A stretch of DNA of 64,000 bases from the sequence record PV158447.1. The stretch is one strand, 5' to 3'. Positions 1-10,820 of this stretch are shown piece by piece. Made by a program: the position numbers and the translations under genes. The notes beneath the pieces were generated by a model. That model saw only the letters and a program-made list of their open reading frames with translations. It was not told where the DNA came from and ran no database searches. Each line of letters opens with the position of its first letter. The stretch's first letter is position 1.

Positions 1-2621
1 AATTTCACTCTCGCTACGTAGTCAGTTTGGTTCGGTGGTATTGGTTGTGTTTCAACAACACTGAAATACGTAAATCCACCTCTCCGCTCAAATTGTAGAT
101 CCACATCAGTGAACTTCTCATAAAGAGAACCGTTGTCCTTTGTGAAATGAGTTTCCACGGTGTAAGTGAATGTAGATGTTATTCCCATCGGTGGGCTGTC
201 AGTACCTACATAAGTTATGTAATCAGGAATGACAACAACATCCTTAATCCCAACATTGCCGACGACTTTCGGGTACATCTTGATATTCACTCTGGGATCA
301 GTCAACGGAATCTTCTCATTCCGGTAATAGAGTTCAGCGAATAGCTTGGAAGGTAACCCAGGTTTGGACTTGTTCAATGTATCAACTAGGAACGTCACTT
401 CTTCACCTGCTTCCACGTTCATCGTCATTGGTATCTTCACTGCACTATTAACCGTGAACACAGTCCCAGTCCCAAATGCCACCGTGAGGTTCTGAGTGCC
501 TATAGGAACCCCTGTGAAAGTGAACTTACATTTACCATTAGGAAGAACGGAAGTCGTCCCTAAAGACGTTCCAGGAGGAACAACAGAGTCATCTGGCAGT
601 ACTTTGATCAGATTGTTAATCAGAACCCCATCACGATAAAAGTCCATTTCAACAAACCCTTCTACACCAGACTTGACATTCCCAATAATCGGATTAGGGA
701 ATCCAACTACATTGGTCCCTTCATACTTAGGAATCTTGAACAGTTTCTTAACAACGAATACTTGATCAATTCCATCTGCTGTCACCGTCACCGTAAATGA
801 AACTTCCGTATCGACATTGGTGTTGGCTAATCCCAACACCTGCCATTGTCCCATTTTATTCGGATCCGCGTAAACATAGGGTTTAACCAAGTTAGCAGGA
901 TCAGTAAACTGAACAGATTTGACCGTTGTGGCAGGTTTACCGTTAATTGTAACGTTGAAAGGGAATTCCCCGTAATCATAACGATTGGCAGAAATAGGAT
1001 CTGGGAATTTAGGCGTTACTTCCACTACCGAAGGAAAGGAAACCGTTGGGTAAACTGTCAAAGCAGCAGTTTTCAAAACACCGTCATGTCGACCAATATG
1101 GGTTGCTGTGAAATTAACCGTGTCACTGATCGGTTCTCCAGCTATCCCGGAGTTATTAATAATGGTGTAGTTAATTTTATTTGCTTCGTAAGTATCGAAA
1201 CGCAGCAGACGTTTAGGTCCCATTTGCCCAGTGGGGACAATAACTTCAATACTCGGCAATACCTCACCACCGTCAGATGTCACCAGATTGATTGTAGAGA
1301 CGTCTCCTAGTTTACCAGTGATTTGAGTAGGGCTGAGATCAGAAACAGTTAGTACACCGGCAGCAGTGTTCTCAGGAAGGTAGTTAATGTCGGTTAGCAA
1401 CCTAGCCGTTTGCGTCTTCCCACCTTGGAAGATCATGAAATCCTCACTGATCAAAACGTCTCTGACAACGGAACCAGGTTGGGAAATCACGGTGTCACTC
1501 GTGAAGTAAACCCCACCTGCTTTATGGACACCTCGGTTAACCAATTTAGCTCCACCAACCAACGTAGTTAGCGTGGTGGGGACTTTCGTGAATGGAACGA
1601 CGTTACCTTCGTATTTAGGGACGACCCTAATTCCCATTCGTTGTTTAATGGGGAAATCCATCACCACAGGAACAAAGTCCAGTTCAAACATGTTTGCGGT
1701 GTTCATCTCGATGGTCACTGGAACCACCACTGTCCTGGTATAAATATCCTCTCCACTCCCCATCGACATATTGACGGTGAGTTCATCGTCCATCACTTCA
1801 GCGTAAGAACCACGAACAAACTTGCTGATCAACTCCAGCTTGTTATCTGAACGAGTACAAACAACATTTCCGTTTTTAGCAACTACACTCATTGTAACTT
1901 GGGCAGTGACATCGACACCGGCAACAGTTAGCTTAAGAAGATGTTTAATCGTCTCTCCTCGCCTTCCAACAAGTGTTTCTGGTAAGTTGTGATCAATTTT
2001 AGCCAAACCGAGTAATTCGGTCACGTTCTCTTTCACAAAGACACGTATAACGCTGTCTGAGCAACTTTGATCCTGAATTGATACAAAGCCACTAGTTAGC
2101 GTATCTGAATCAATAGCGGAGTCCTCATCGCGGTTTAAAGCTAGGTGGTTAAAATAGACATCTCCTAGAAGCTCATTGATCTTAACTAAGTCCTGAGCTT
2201 CGTCATTATTAACACAAACCCCGAAACTATCCCGCCAAGCTAAGTAGAGTAATTTCCCTTGTATTTCCTTAGCAATAAACTTCTGGATAAACTCCCCTTG
2301 ATCCATCACAAGTACGTAAGGGACCTTGAAGTCATCCATGATGTTTCGTAACCGGACTGGTTCGAATTCAGTATCGATTCTAGCAAAGGCTTTGTCTCGC
2401 CGAGTGAAACACACTCGTTTAACGCCCTCAGGACTCACGCACGGTGTTTCTATCACAAACTGATCCGGTTCCATTCCGGAATACCTATAATCGGCCAGAA
2501 GACGTTCTGTGAGGTCTCCGGTCGATGTTATCAAGCTCTTTCTACCTAACAGGAATTTCTTAATAACAGAAAACAAGGGATCTTTAATCCACCTGTTATT
2601 TACTTTTGATTCGATAGCCAT
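1..2621 (-). CDS. Large beta-rich virion/tail-fibre-like protein, partial (runs off the left edge, at least 873 codons); absent from the ORF track
   Basis: Manual translation from ATG at 2621 (MAIESKVNNRWIKDPLF...) is stop-free to base 3; AAGGA SD upstream; rich in V/T/P/G beta-strand-like segments. Confidence 0.7.
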   Translation of the reverse strand, partial: MAIESKVNNRWIKDPLFSVIKKFLLGRKSLITSTGDLTERLLADYRYSGMEPDQFVIETPCVSPEGVKRVCFTRRDKAFARIDTEFEPVRLRNIMDDFKVPYVLVMDQGEFIQKFIAKEIQGKLLYLAWRDSFGVCVNNDEAQDLVKINELLGDVYFNHLALNRDEDSAIDSDTLTSGFVSIQDQSCSDSVIRVFVKENVTELLGLAKIDHNLPETLVGRRGETIKHLLKLTVAGVDVTAQVTMSVVAKNGNVVCTRSDNKLELISKFVRGSYAEVMDDELTVNMSMGSGEDIYTRTVVVPVTIEMNTANMFELDFVPVVMDFPIKQRMGIRVVPKYEGNVVPFTKVPTTLTTLVGGAKLVNRGVHKAGGVYFTSDTVISQPGSVVRDVLISEDFMIFQGGKTQTARLLTDINYLPENTAAGVLTVSDLSPTQITGKLGDVSTINLVTSDGGEVLPSIEVIVPTGQMGPKRLLRFDTYEANKINYTIINNSGIAGEPISDTVNFTATHIGRHDGVLKTAALTVYPTVSFPSVVEVTPKFPDPISANRYDYGEFPFNVTINGKPATTVKSVQFTDPANLVKPYVYADPNKMGQWQVLGLANTNVDTEVSFTVTVTADGIDQVFVVKKLFKIPKYEGTNVVGFPNPIIGNVKSGVEGFVEMDFYRDGVLINNLIKVLPDDSVVPPGTSLGTTSVLPNGKCKFTFTGVPIGTQNLTVAFGTGTVFTVNSAVKIPMTMNVEAGEEVTFLVDTLNKSKPGLPSKLFAELYYRNEKIPLTDPRVNIKMYPKVVGNVGIKDVVVIPDYITYVGTDSPPMGITSTFTYTVETHFTKDNGSLYEKFTDVDLQFERRGGFTYFSVVETQPIPPNQTDYVARVK

Positions 2622-2663
2622 TAGATCCTTTTCCTTTTGAATTAAGCCTCATAGCATCTAAGG

Positions 2664-2695
2664 AGAGAACTCTACCCAACTGGGTAGAGTTCTCT
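2664..2695. terminator. Intrinsic terminator hairpin
   Basis: AGAGAACTCTACCC-AACT-GGGTAGAGTTCTCT, 14-bp perfect stem just after the nrdB stop. Confidence 0.75.
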
Positions 2696-2705
2696 TAAAA
2701 GTTAT

Positions 2706-3839
2706 TTAGATTTCCATGTCGTCAAAAGCGCCGTCAGGAACCTCACTATTGATTTGACCAGTGAGGTATTGCGAGGCACTTACTTCTTGCGGAGCCGCTT
2801 GGACGTTGTCAGAAGACAGATAGGTATTCACCCAAGGGATTGGGTTAGCGACTGCATCCGGATAGATGGAGGGAAGTCCAATTGCCTTCATCCGAAGGTT
2901 AGTAAGGTATTCGATGTACTGACAGAGGATCTGTTTGTTCAGTCCAATCATCGAACCGTCTTTCATCAAGTAGCCGGCCCAGTCTTTCTCTTGTTCAGCA
3001 GCATCACGGAAGATTGCAATACTCTCTGCGTGACACTCAATGGCAATTTCAGCCATTTCCGGATCATCGCGATTATCAGCCCAGAGGTTGATAATCCATT
3101 GGGTCCCAGTCATGTGGGTGCTTTCGTCACGACTGATAAGAGTGATGATTTTAGCGTTACCCTCCATCAGTTTCCTTTCTGCAAAAGCAAAGGAACATGC
3201 AAAGGAGACATAGAACCGAATCGCTTCCAGGGCATTGATAGATTGCATACAGAGATACAGTTTCTTTTTGATATCTCGTACCTTCACAACTATCTTTTTA
3301 CCATTGACCTGATGAGTACCTTCACCAAGCCCATAATACAAGTTGGTCAGGTGAATCAATTCGTCATAGTACTTAGAGACTGCCACTGCTCGTTTCATGA
3401 TCGCTTCGTTTTCCACGATGTCTTCGAAGATTTCGGAAGGATCAGTGAAGAGGTTACGAAGAATATGTGTATACGAACGAGAGTGGATAGTTTCAAAAGC
3501 AGACCAGGTTTCGATCCAGGTCTCCAGTTCCGGGATCGAAACCAGAGGGAGGAGGGCAACGTTAGGAGACCGACCTTGGATAGAGTCCAACAGGGTCTGG
3601 TATTTCAGGTTGCTGATAAAAATGTGTTTCTCGTTATCTGGGAGAGCTTGGAAGTCAATCCGGTCTTTTGTGATATCCACTTCTTCTGGGCGCCAGAAAA
3701 ATGAGAGCTGCTTCTCGATCAGAGATTCGAAGATGGAAAACTTCTGTTGATCGTAGCGGGCTACGTTAACGTTTTGACCAAAGAACATGTGTTCTTTGAG
3801 CTGGTCGTTTTTATTCTGGTTGAATACGGAGTAAGTCAT
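2706..3839 (-). CDS. nrdB: Ribonucleotide reductase class Ia beta subunit
   Basis: [29 protein letters not shown] (radical Tyr), [20 protein letters not shown] motifs. Confidence 0.97.
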   Translation of the reverse strand: MTYSVFNQNKNDQLKEHMFFGQNVNVARYDQQKFSIFESLIEKQLSFFWRPEEVDITKDRIDFQALPDNEKHIFISNLKYQTLLDSIQGRSPNVALLPLVSIPELETWIETWSAFETIHSRSYTHILRNLFTDPSEIFEDIVENEAIMKRAVAVSKYYDELIHLTNLYYGLGEGTHQVNGKKIVVKVRDIKKKLYLCMQSINALEAIRFYVSFACSFAFAERKLMEGNAKIITLISRDESTHMTGTQWIINLWADNRDDPEMAEIAIECHAESIAIFRDAAEQEKDWAGYLMKDGSMIGLNKQILCQYIEYLTNLRMKAIGLPSIYPDAVANPIPWVNTYLSSDNVQAAPQEVSASQYLTGQINSEVPDGAFDDMEI

Positions 3840-4037
3840 TTCAGTTTCTCTCTTTAATGAATAAGTTGGTTACCTAGCTTAACATCTAGTTGAGAGTATT
3901 TTCTAAATCTCGTTTCTATTATATTGTAAGCTTGGATCAGTGCACCGGTAGGTGGGGAAGGGGTTTTGTTTATTATATAAAAGAGATTACGAAGTAATCA
4001 TCCTTATTTATTAGTCCGTAGTCTTGTATTCTTTTTT

Positions 4038-4078
4038 AAGTTCCATTTTATTTGAGATAGATATTATTAATATGTATA
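4038..4078 (+). promoter_or_regulatory. Phage early-type promoter, copy 1
   Basis: AAGTTCCATTTTATTTGAGATAGATATTATTAATATGTATA; recurs upstream of seven + strand units; core resembles the phiKZ early TATATTAC motif. Confidence 0.75.
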
Positions 4079-4107
4079 ACAACCAATAAACATTTAGGAG
4101 TTAAGAA

Positions 4108-4878
4108 ATGGATTCGACCATCGTTATTACTGACAGAGAAATTTCCAACGGACTGACCGATGAGAAACTGGAACGAATTGAAAAACGCTTCGGTGACGAG
4201 TTCTTGTTGGTTCAGTATCTTAAAAATGGTTTGGTGGTCAGCGAGTATCATCTTTGCCATGTGTTTGACGAACCCCAGCTCAAACCACTGAAAACTATTT
4301 GGGCTAAGGCCAATCTTGACGATTTGAGGAACCCTGATTACCGAGCAAGTCTCTCCGAAATGGTATTGAACAATCAATACACCAAAGCCATCCACGATAT
4401 CGGGTTAACTACCTTTGGAAGCGTTACGTTAAAAGTGAAAGACCTGGAACACAAACGTTTCCCCAATCTCAAGTGGTTCAATTGGATCACACTCACATTC
4501 CCCTGGTTTGGTGATAAACAAATTACCGTCTTTGTACATAACAAAGAAACCCTCCCAGCTGACCTTCAGGATAAAAACAACCTCACTTTCAACACCTCCT
4601 GGGTTATGATGATGGGCTCTTCGTTTTGGTCCCACCTCATAGGTAAAACTCAGCAGGAACTCCTCACTGGTTTGAAACATGTTGAAATGTTATATGAAAA
4701 CGCCAGTGTAAAAGAGGTTGGGGGAACAGAAGAAATTCAGGTGGAGGAAGTTCCCACTTCAGAAACGGAGTTCTATACCATCGAAGAGGTCAAGAAAGTA
4801 CTCAACTTCCTTGGACTGGATGAGTTCACCGAGGATTTTGAATCAGCTTTGAAACTCATCGCCAAACAACGTAAATAA
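4108..4878 (+). CDS. Hypothetical protein (256 aa)
   Basis: TTAGGAG SD, first gene after promoter. Confidence 0.85.
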   Translation: MDSTIVITDREISNGLTDEKLERIEKRFGDEFLLVQYLKNGLVVSEYHLCHVFDEPQLKPLKTIWAKANLDDLRNPDYRASLSEMVLNNQYTKAIHDIGLTTFGSVTLKVKDLEHKRFPNLKWFNWITLTFPWFGDKQITVFVHNKETLPADLQDKNNLTFNTSWVMMMGSSFWSHLIGKTQQELLTGLKHVEMLYENASVKEVGGTEEIQVEEVPTSETEFYTIEEVKKVLNFLGLDEFTEDFESALKLIAKQRK

Positions 4879-4889
4879 GGAATAATGAA

Positions 4890-5405
4890 ATGAAAGACTT
4901 CATGGATAATAATCAAGAATTCAACGAGTGCAAAGTCATTTGCTGTTTGTCAGCGCCGCAGAACAGTCGCACTGGCTTTGTTCTGAACAACATTCTCTAC
5001 GGTATCTGTAAAGGTTATAATGACCTATGGGACATGGCACCTGACGCCATCGGTTGTCCTCACAATGGTGGTGAGCATAGTCTTACTATTCGCGGGTCAC
5101 GGCAGGATGTAGTTACTTGGCTGGACCTGGTGGTTGAAGAGTTCCCTGATTGGGAAGAGTGTGCTAAGTTTGTTAAGAAACTGATCCGTCAACGTTTCCT
5201 GCAGGCCGACTGGCGTAAATTCGGAAAGATCAACGTGAACTTGCGTAGAGAGAAAGTTCAGATCTTTGACAAGGTACAAGAGGAATGGCGGGACCAATGG
5301 TGGTTCCGGGGCGATTGGGAGAATACTCCTCGGACCGAATGGAAACCGACTCGTAAACAACAAGCTATTCTGGATAAGAACAAACCAGTAGCTAACCGCG
5401 GGTAA
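4890..5405 (+). CDS. Hypothetical protein (171 aa)
   Basis: AAGGA SD, operon spacing. Confidence 0.8.
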   Translation: MKDFMDNNQEFNECKVICCLSAPQNSRTGFVLNNILYGICKGYNDLWDMAPDAIGCPHNGGEHSLTIRGSRQDVVTWLDLVVEEFPDWEECAKFVKKLIRQRFLQADWRKFGKINVNLRREKVQIFDKVQEEWRDQWWFRGDWENTPRTEWKPTRKQQAILDKNKPVANRG

Positions 5406-5432
5406 AGACCATTCAATTTAGGAGATAAGAAA

Positions 5433-5954
5433 ATGGGTGAGAAAGACTTTCAGAAGTTCATGATGAACTTGTCGCGTATTTTGGGGATCACTGGTGATAT
5501 GGTGGTTTGTTTTAACCGCATTCCTGGTGATGTCATCATGATAAGCCCCAAGGTTACAACCCCGATTGATATTTCCTATAAACACCAGAATCCAGATTCA
5601 CTGGCAGTTGGTGAAGGGATCTCTGTTAATGTTGGATTGCTAGATGACGGTACTTTCGAAGAAATCCTCAAAAATGCCTATGAGAATAACGAGTTCCGGT
5701 TTGACTATCCTGAGGAAGTTCTGGAAAAGCTGAAACCTGAAGGCTTAGGTGTTTCTTCCAAACGGCTCCAGGAGTTCATTGAAGAACTGAGAGAAACCCC
5801 GAATGATCGCGAGTCACAGCAGCCCAATACGGGCGGGTTCAAAATAAGTGCTCAACAAGCACATCGAGTGGTGGGTTTCTTCGCTCCAGAGGTCACTCTG
5901 GAAGAAGTACAGAAACTGATCGAAGCCATTCAACTTGAAGAGGTACGCAAATGA
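5433..5954 (+). CDS. Hypothetical protein (173 aa)
   Basis: TTAGGAG SD. Confidence 0.8.
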   Translation: MGEKDFQKFMMNLSRILGITGDMVVCFNRIPGDVIMISPKVTTPIDISYKHQNPDSLAVGEGISVNVGLLDDGTFEEILKNAYENNEFRFDYPEEVLEKLKPEGLGVSSKRLQEFIEELRETPNDRESQQPNTGGFKISAQQAHRVVGFFAPEVTLEEVQKLIEAIQLEEVRK

Positions 5955-6349
5955 GTAAGGTCATGCACATATGTCCGCCTAGTCATGAAAAGTGGTACAA
6001 AGAACTGGTAAAGGGAATGGATCCGCGTTTCGAACAGTTGAGACGTGATCTGGGCTATGAACCAAACCTCGGTAAATGTCTATATTACACAGGTCTTCCT
6101 CCCCTCAAATCCAGATTGTCGTTTATCATTGAAAACATCATTGCTGGTGTTCCCGCAATGACTACTTTGATTTCCGACTTCATCCGACCGCGTCTATCTC
6201 ACAACGACATCCCAAAAACTTATAAATTTGAATACTGGGAACCTGACTGGAATCAGCCTGGGGTTATTGATCTTGAAAACGGCATGTTTGAAATGCAAGT
6301 AGGCGCCCTGGGTACCTTTAATTTCAATAAACGTTTTTATCCCAAATAG
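5951..6349 (+). CDS. Hypothetical protein (132 aa)
   Basis: ATGA overlap with upstream stop. Confidence 0.8.
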   Translation: MSKVMHICPPSHEKWYKELVKGMDPRFEQLRRDLGYEPNLGKCLYYTGLPPLKSRLSFIIENIIAGVPAMTTLISDFIRPRLSHNDIPKTYKFEYWEPDWNQPGVIDLENGMFEMQVGALGTFNFNKRFYPK

Positions 6350-6377
6350 TAAATATTTAATTTAGGAGAATAATAAC

Positions 6378-7184
6378 ATGCTTTCCCAGAATAAAGATTG
6401 GTTCAAGTACGATGGGTATTGGAGGACTTGGAACCGAGTCCTCACCCGAATGGGCGGGGACAATAACCCAGTTGAAATCGAAATCACCATCCACCCTGGT
6501 AAGTTCACTGGCGCTTCTAGTTGGGAAACAATTTCCGAACTTCGCATCAGGCGCCACAGAACGCCTTCTGACAGCTCCGATGTTTGGACTCACCATTTAC
6601 CGGACAACATCTACAACGAGATTGTGGAGGCTTTGGGAGATAATTTTGCAAAGGTTCTGGTGCATGTCGATCTTCTTTCCCACATCCAACCCAACTTCCA
6701 TCATGAGGAAGCTGGAAGTGGGGGAAGTCGGTTGAGGAGCATTTACCAAGAAACTCCGCCACAGTTCTTATTGTACGGGACCGGCAAGGATCTTGGTTAC
6801 CAGACTTTGACTAATAAAACACTGTTTGTTAACGCAATAGGTAACGTTGGGATTATGTTACCTAAACACGTTAAGGTGATTGGTGGAATCTCTATTAAAT
6901 CTGGTTACGAGACTCTTCCATCGTTTACCATGATCAGTTATCACGATGTGGATAAAAACGAGCTGGTAGGTCACTTCTCCGTCACTCACGAAGGTGATAG
7001 TATTTTCACTGTGAGGTCTCCCAACTCACCATTGGTGTGGAAAGAAACTGTATTGAAGACACTCGATTTTGTTTGGAACAAGAAAGAGAATTATCCGTGG
7101 GTGGCCGGAGAGTTATTTAAAGATCACCTGAACGAAATAGTTAAACACGCTGAAGGTCGTTTCAGTATCATCAATGTTATTTAG
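6378..7184 (+). CDS. Hypothetical protein (268 aa)
   Basis: TTAGGAG SD. Confidence 0.85.
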   Translation: MLSQNKDWFKYDGYWRTWNRVLTRMGGDNNPVEIEITIHPGKFTGASSWETISELRIRRHRTPSDSSDVWTHHLPDNIYNEIVEALGDNFAKVLVHVDLLSHIQPNFHHEEAGSGGSRLRSIYQETPPQFLLYGTGKDLGYQTLTNKTLFVNAIGNVGIMLPKHVKVIGGISIKSGYETLPSFTMISYHDVDKNELVGHFSVTHEGDSIFTVRSPNSPLVWKETVLKTLDFVWNKKENYPWVAGELFKDHLNEIVKHAEGRFSIINVI

Positions 7185-7199
7185 TAGAAGGAATACAAC

Positions 7200-8021
7200 A
7201 TGTTTATGATTTCCGAATCCCTGTCTCGTATCTGGAATAAACTCAGTTTTGACTGGGGAGATGTTTATTACTACCAGCGTGCTCCGAAGTGGGCTGTTCA
7301 CGCCAACAGTGAATCCAAGTTCTTTGGTTCTGGTACCAAGATCGAAACTTGGTCAGGTCAACGTGCGATGGTTCTTGTTAACCGTAGTAACGAAATCCTC
7401 GTTTACCACATGAACGATGGGTTCAGCTACATCAACGATAACAATGCCTATGAAGTTGTCTGTGTCTTCCCGGCAGAATGGTTGAACATCACCATGATGA
7501 ACATCATCGAGTTCCAACTCGGTTGGTGGAACCGTAAAGAGTTCGGCGAAAAGATCAACAAACTGGTTGAAACTGGAACTGATGTTGACTACAAAGGCAA
7601 GGCCGGTTGGTACTTCAAAGTGACCTTGGAAGGTCTGAAGTTCAAGTTCGTGAAACGCCCAGAAGCTGGATTCCGTCCAATCTCCCCGGAATTCATTCCG
7701 TTACTGATGGTGGTTAAAGAACAACAGGTCGTGTTCCGCTACCACGATGCACCTGAGTTCGTAATTCACGATCTTGGGCAATCCATTCCTCTCCACTCGA
7801 TGGATGATGACTACGGATTGTTCATGGTGCCCGCCGGCGCACTGACACCGAGCGTAATCAAAGACACTGCGTTCAACTTGGTGAAGGGCGATAAAAAGTC
7901 CTGGGGGAAACGACTCCTGAACATGAATCCCGAACTGGAACTCATTACTGACATCCAGGATGCTCGGGAATGTTATCAGTACAATCCCAATGTCGCTGTA
8001 TTCAACCTCCCCTCTTTTTAA
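7200..8021 (+). CDS. Hypothetical protein (273 aa)
   Basis: AAGGA SD, phage-like codon bias. Confidence 0.85.
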   Translation: MFMISESLSRIWNKLSFDWGDVYYYQRAPKWAVHANSESKFFGSGTKIETWSGQRAMVLVNRSNEILVYHMNDGFSYINDNNAYEVVCVFPAEWLNITMMNIIEFQLGWWNRKEFGEKINKLVETGTDVDYKGKAGWYFKVTLEGLKFKFVKRPEAGFRPISPEFIPLLMVVKEQQVVFRYHDAPEFVIHDLGQSIPLHSMDDDYGLFMVPAGALTPSVIKDTAFNLVKGDKKSWGKRLLNMNPELELITDIQDARECYQYNPNVAVFNLPSF

Positions 8022-8038
8022 TTTAGGAATTTAACGTC

Positions 8039-8962
8039 ATGAAAGAATATCAAGAAATCCGTTTCGTAGAGTATTACGAAGGGCGCTATTTCGGATCCGT
8101 TGAAAGCGCATTTCTCCATCCCGAAATTACCCTCTCAATGGAGACAGTCTCTACCATCATTTTGAACAAAGGACTAAACTCCAATTGGGGACTCGACATG
8201 TCTCCAATTGTTAAAGATGGGTTGGTACTGGAAGGCGGTAAGGTGTTCACTATTCGGGTAATGAACCCAGGAACTACTCTTCGGATAACTGAAGACCAGA
8301 TGTCTGGAAGAAAATTATTGGAAACCCTTAAGAACCTTCGTGATGTAAACCATCACTACCGGAAAGAAAAGGAGAAGGTTTACAATAACAAAGGGACATT
8401 CACTCTTCGGGAAGGGGGTGGTGAAGACGGTTCGGAAGTGTTGGTGCATGTAGATTACTTTGGTAATGGTGTCATGAACATCAGCGAGGTTCTCGACTAC
8501 GATCAACGTGAAAACTTCTTTAAGGAACAACCGCTCCAACTGTACTACAACACTCGCGAAGGGATCAGTTCCGGACTTTACATTTCTAAAGCGGGAACAG
8601 TTATTCCTGGTGGGTGGGAGGTTCTGAATAACTTTGTTATGAAGGACGGGATAGAAAGCATGGAGACGGAACTTGTTCCTGAGAAACGGACTTTCTCAAA
8701 TCTGAAAACCGCTCTTTATTGGTTGCGTGACTCTAAAGGTCTCGGTGAGATCATTGAGAACTACGAGAAGGTTCTGGAGCTGGATCGTCAAGACGAGATC
8801 CGAGCGGCTGCCAACGCTGAACGTCGCAAATTGGAAGAGGTGAAACAGGGTGAACAAACTTCTTCTGGACAATACTCAAAAGAAGAAGTATTGGAAATCA
8901 TCAAGATGCTCCGACCCGATCTGGATTTGGAATCCGGTTTGGTCAAACGGCTGCTGGGGTAA
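8039..8962 (+). CDS. Hypothetical protein (307 aa)
   Basis: TTAGGA SD, coiled-coil-like C-terminus. Confidence 0.85.
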   Translation: MKEYQEIRFVEYYEGRYFGSVESAFLHPEITLSMETVSTIILNKGLNSNWGLDMSPIVKDGLVLEGGKVFTIRVMNPGTTLRITEDQMSGRKLLETLKNLRDVNHHYRKEKEKVYNNKGTFTLREGGGEDGSEVLVHVDYFGNGVMNISEVLDYDQRENFFKEQPLQLYYNTREGISSGLYISKAGTVIPGGWEVLNNFVMKDGIESMETELVPEKRTFSNLKTALYWLRDSKGLGEIIENYEKVLELDRQDEIRAAANAERRKLEEVKQGEQTSSGQYSKEEVLEIIKMLRPDLDLESGLVKRLLG

Positions 8963-8964
8963 TC

Positions 8965-9393
8965 ATGTTTAGAGTCTCTTCGTTGACAATCAAAATCTGG
9001 TGGATTCGTTTGAAACTGTCGATATTCACTTGTTATCATGGAACGATGGATCGGGTCTTCGGACCCATTATCCTGTTCAAATATGACCCCCCTTCTCATA
9101 TTAGAACAACGTCAGTTCGTTTCTGGGACAATGAACGAGAACATTTTCACTACATTACAGTTCGGTATTGTTGGGGAAGGAAATACCTTGGTTGGTTTAA
9201 CTACTACCGTTCTAAGCCAGGGTGGTGGACAGAGAGTTATCCCAATCTGGTTTTCGAGTACTGTCATGTCGATAAACTGAAAGAGTTTCACGACAGAAGA
9301 GAAGAGACATTTAAACGATTGGACGATCAAGTTAGTCGTTTAAACAATATCACTTTGAATCTCAATTCCCATTCTGGGAAATTTAATGCCTAA
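8965..9393 (+). CDS. Hypothetical protein (142 aa)
   Basis: Fills the gap in the operon, 2 nt after upstream stop. Confidence 0.65.
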   Translation: MFRVSSLTIKIWWIRLKLSIFTCYHGTMDRVFGPIILFKYDPPSHIRTTSVRFWDNEREHFHYITVRYCWGRKYLGWFNYYRSKPGWWTESYPNLVFEYCHVDKLKEFHDRREETFKRLDDQVSRLNNITLNLNSHSGKFNA

Positions 9394-9407
9394 AGGAAAA
9401 TAATACC

Positions 9408-9935
9408 ATGTCTAAAGAAATCCAAGGTCAGGACTTTTTCGTTCCCCATTCCATGATCGTCAAAAATAAGGTTCGTGGCGTGGTATGGGTGCTCGACCGT
9501 GACAAGTTCTTGAAAGCGGAAGAAGCAAAAGACGGGATCGAGGACGTCATTGTTGACGAATTCGGCTCTGCCGAAGCTAAAGAAATCATTCATCCTCTTT
9601 GGAGTTCCTTCACAGTTGGTGTTGACCGTTATCTGGATCTCCGACCTTTTGGTTCCATCCCTACCACACGCCGCATCCAGCATGATCAGGACCTTGTGTC
9701 GATGCTCCGGAAAGTGTCCATTTCAGTTGGACAGGGAGAACTTTCCATCCTGTTCCGTTATGGTGTGGACGGATATCCGGAGATGATCTACCTGGGTTCT
9801 ACTCGCGCTGTGCTTCAACGTCATCTCACCCAAGGTGCATGGCGTAAACCGAGTATTGATGAGTTCAATGCTTGGATGAAGAAGTGTGAACAAGTCATGG
9901 CCGCCGCCGGTGTCCGGCAAGTCCCCCGTAATTAG
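9408..9935 (+). CDS. Hypothetical protein (175 aa)
   Basis: AAGGA SD. Confidence 0.85.
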   Translation: MSKEIQGQDFFVPHSMIVKNKVRGVVWVLDRDKFLKAEEAKDGIEDVIVDEFGSAEAKEIIHPLWSSFTVGVDRYLDLRPFGSIPTTRRIQHDQDLVSMLRKVSISVGQGELSILFRYGVDGYPEMIYLGSTRAVLQRHLTQGAWRKPSIDEFNAWMKKCEQVMAAAGVRQVPRN

Positions 9936-9985
9936 CCAATAACTATTTGGGGGAGAAACTTCTCCCCCACTCTATTTAGGGAACG

Positions 9986-10486
9986 ATGATAATGAATATT
10001 CGTGAAAAAGTTCAAGCATTTGTAGACGTCATGGTTCAGGTTCATCCTGACCAGTTCTTCGTTTCTGAGATGTTGGTTTACGTTGACGATTATTGTCGTT
10101 CCCTGGAAACCCACGTCTCCAAGTTGATTGGTGTTGAGCTACTCGCTCATCACCGTGAGTTACGTCGTAACGATCCGGCCAATCGTCGAGTCTGGTCCCT
10201 TACCAAGAGGGATTTCAATCGAGTAGTGGAAACCTTCCACAACCAATATCTGTTGGATACAAATTACAGTATCCATGATCTTGGCCGGATACTGGGCCCG
10301 GTAATTTCAAGTTTGATTTCTCGTCACCGGATTTATTACCTCTTCTCACGGAACAGGAGTTTGCGTGGACAGAATAAAGCACATGGTACGGATATCCAAG
10401 CCGGGAACTATTTATTACGGAAAGTGGTACATCCCGTACCTCGTATCGAGAATGTTTCAATCCAAGGGGAGTCCTTCCCATGTTAA
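9986..10486 (+). CDS. Hypothetical protein (166 aa)
   Basis: TTAGGG SD. Confidence 0.75.
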   Translation: MIMNIREKVQAFVDVMVQVHPDQFFVSEMLVYVDDYCRSLETHVSKLIGVELLAHHRELRRNDPANRRVWSLTKRDFNRVVETFHNQYLLDTNYSIHDLGRILGPVISSLISRHRIYYLFSRNRSLRGQNKAHGTDIQAGNYLLRKVVHPVPRIENVSIQGESFPC

Positions 10487-10743
10487 TCCGACACCAAGTT
10501 ACTTTGAGAACAATCCGTTCTATCTGGCCGGAATTGGTTCCTACACCATCACCCGTTGATGAACAGAAAGAAATTTACGACAAAACCAGGGTCGTTGTGA
10601 GTGCAAGTTACGCAAGTTTGCTTTCTGAAAAGGAAAGAGGGATTGTTGTTAAATCTCTCGGTGCAAAATTGAACGTAGGAACTATGGGGATATTAGATGA
10701 AGGTCCCAGAACAAAACTTGGCGGTAAAAAGAAGCGGAAGTAG
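10480..10743 (+). CDS. Hypothetical basic protein (87 aa)
   Basis: GGGGAG SD, overlaps upstream stop. Confidence 0.65.
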   Translation: MLIRHQVTLRTIRSIWPELVPTPSPVDEQKEIYDKTRVVVSASYASLLSEKERGIVVKSLGAKLNVGTMGILDEGPRTKLGGKKKRK

Positions 10744-10820
10744 TTGCCTTTCGAAGGTCGTGTTGCGTAATTTAAGAAAGAAATTGAAATATAAACCCAA
10801 CTCTAAACAGGGAGAAAGAA

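Noticed and set aside
2754-3704. 316-aa + strand ORF antisense to nrdB
   Set aside because: Shadow of nrdB codon bias; no motif or SD
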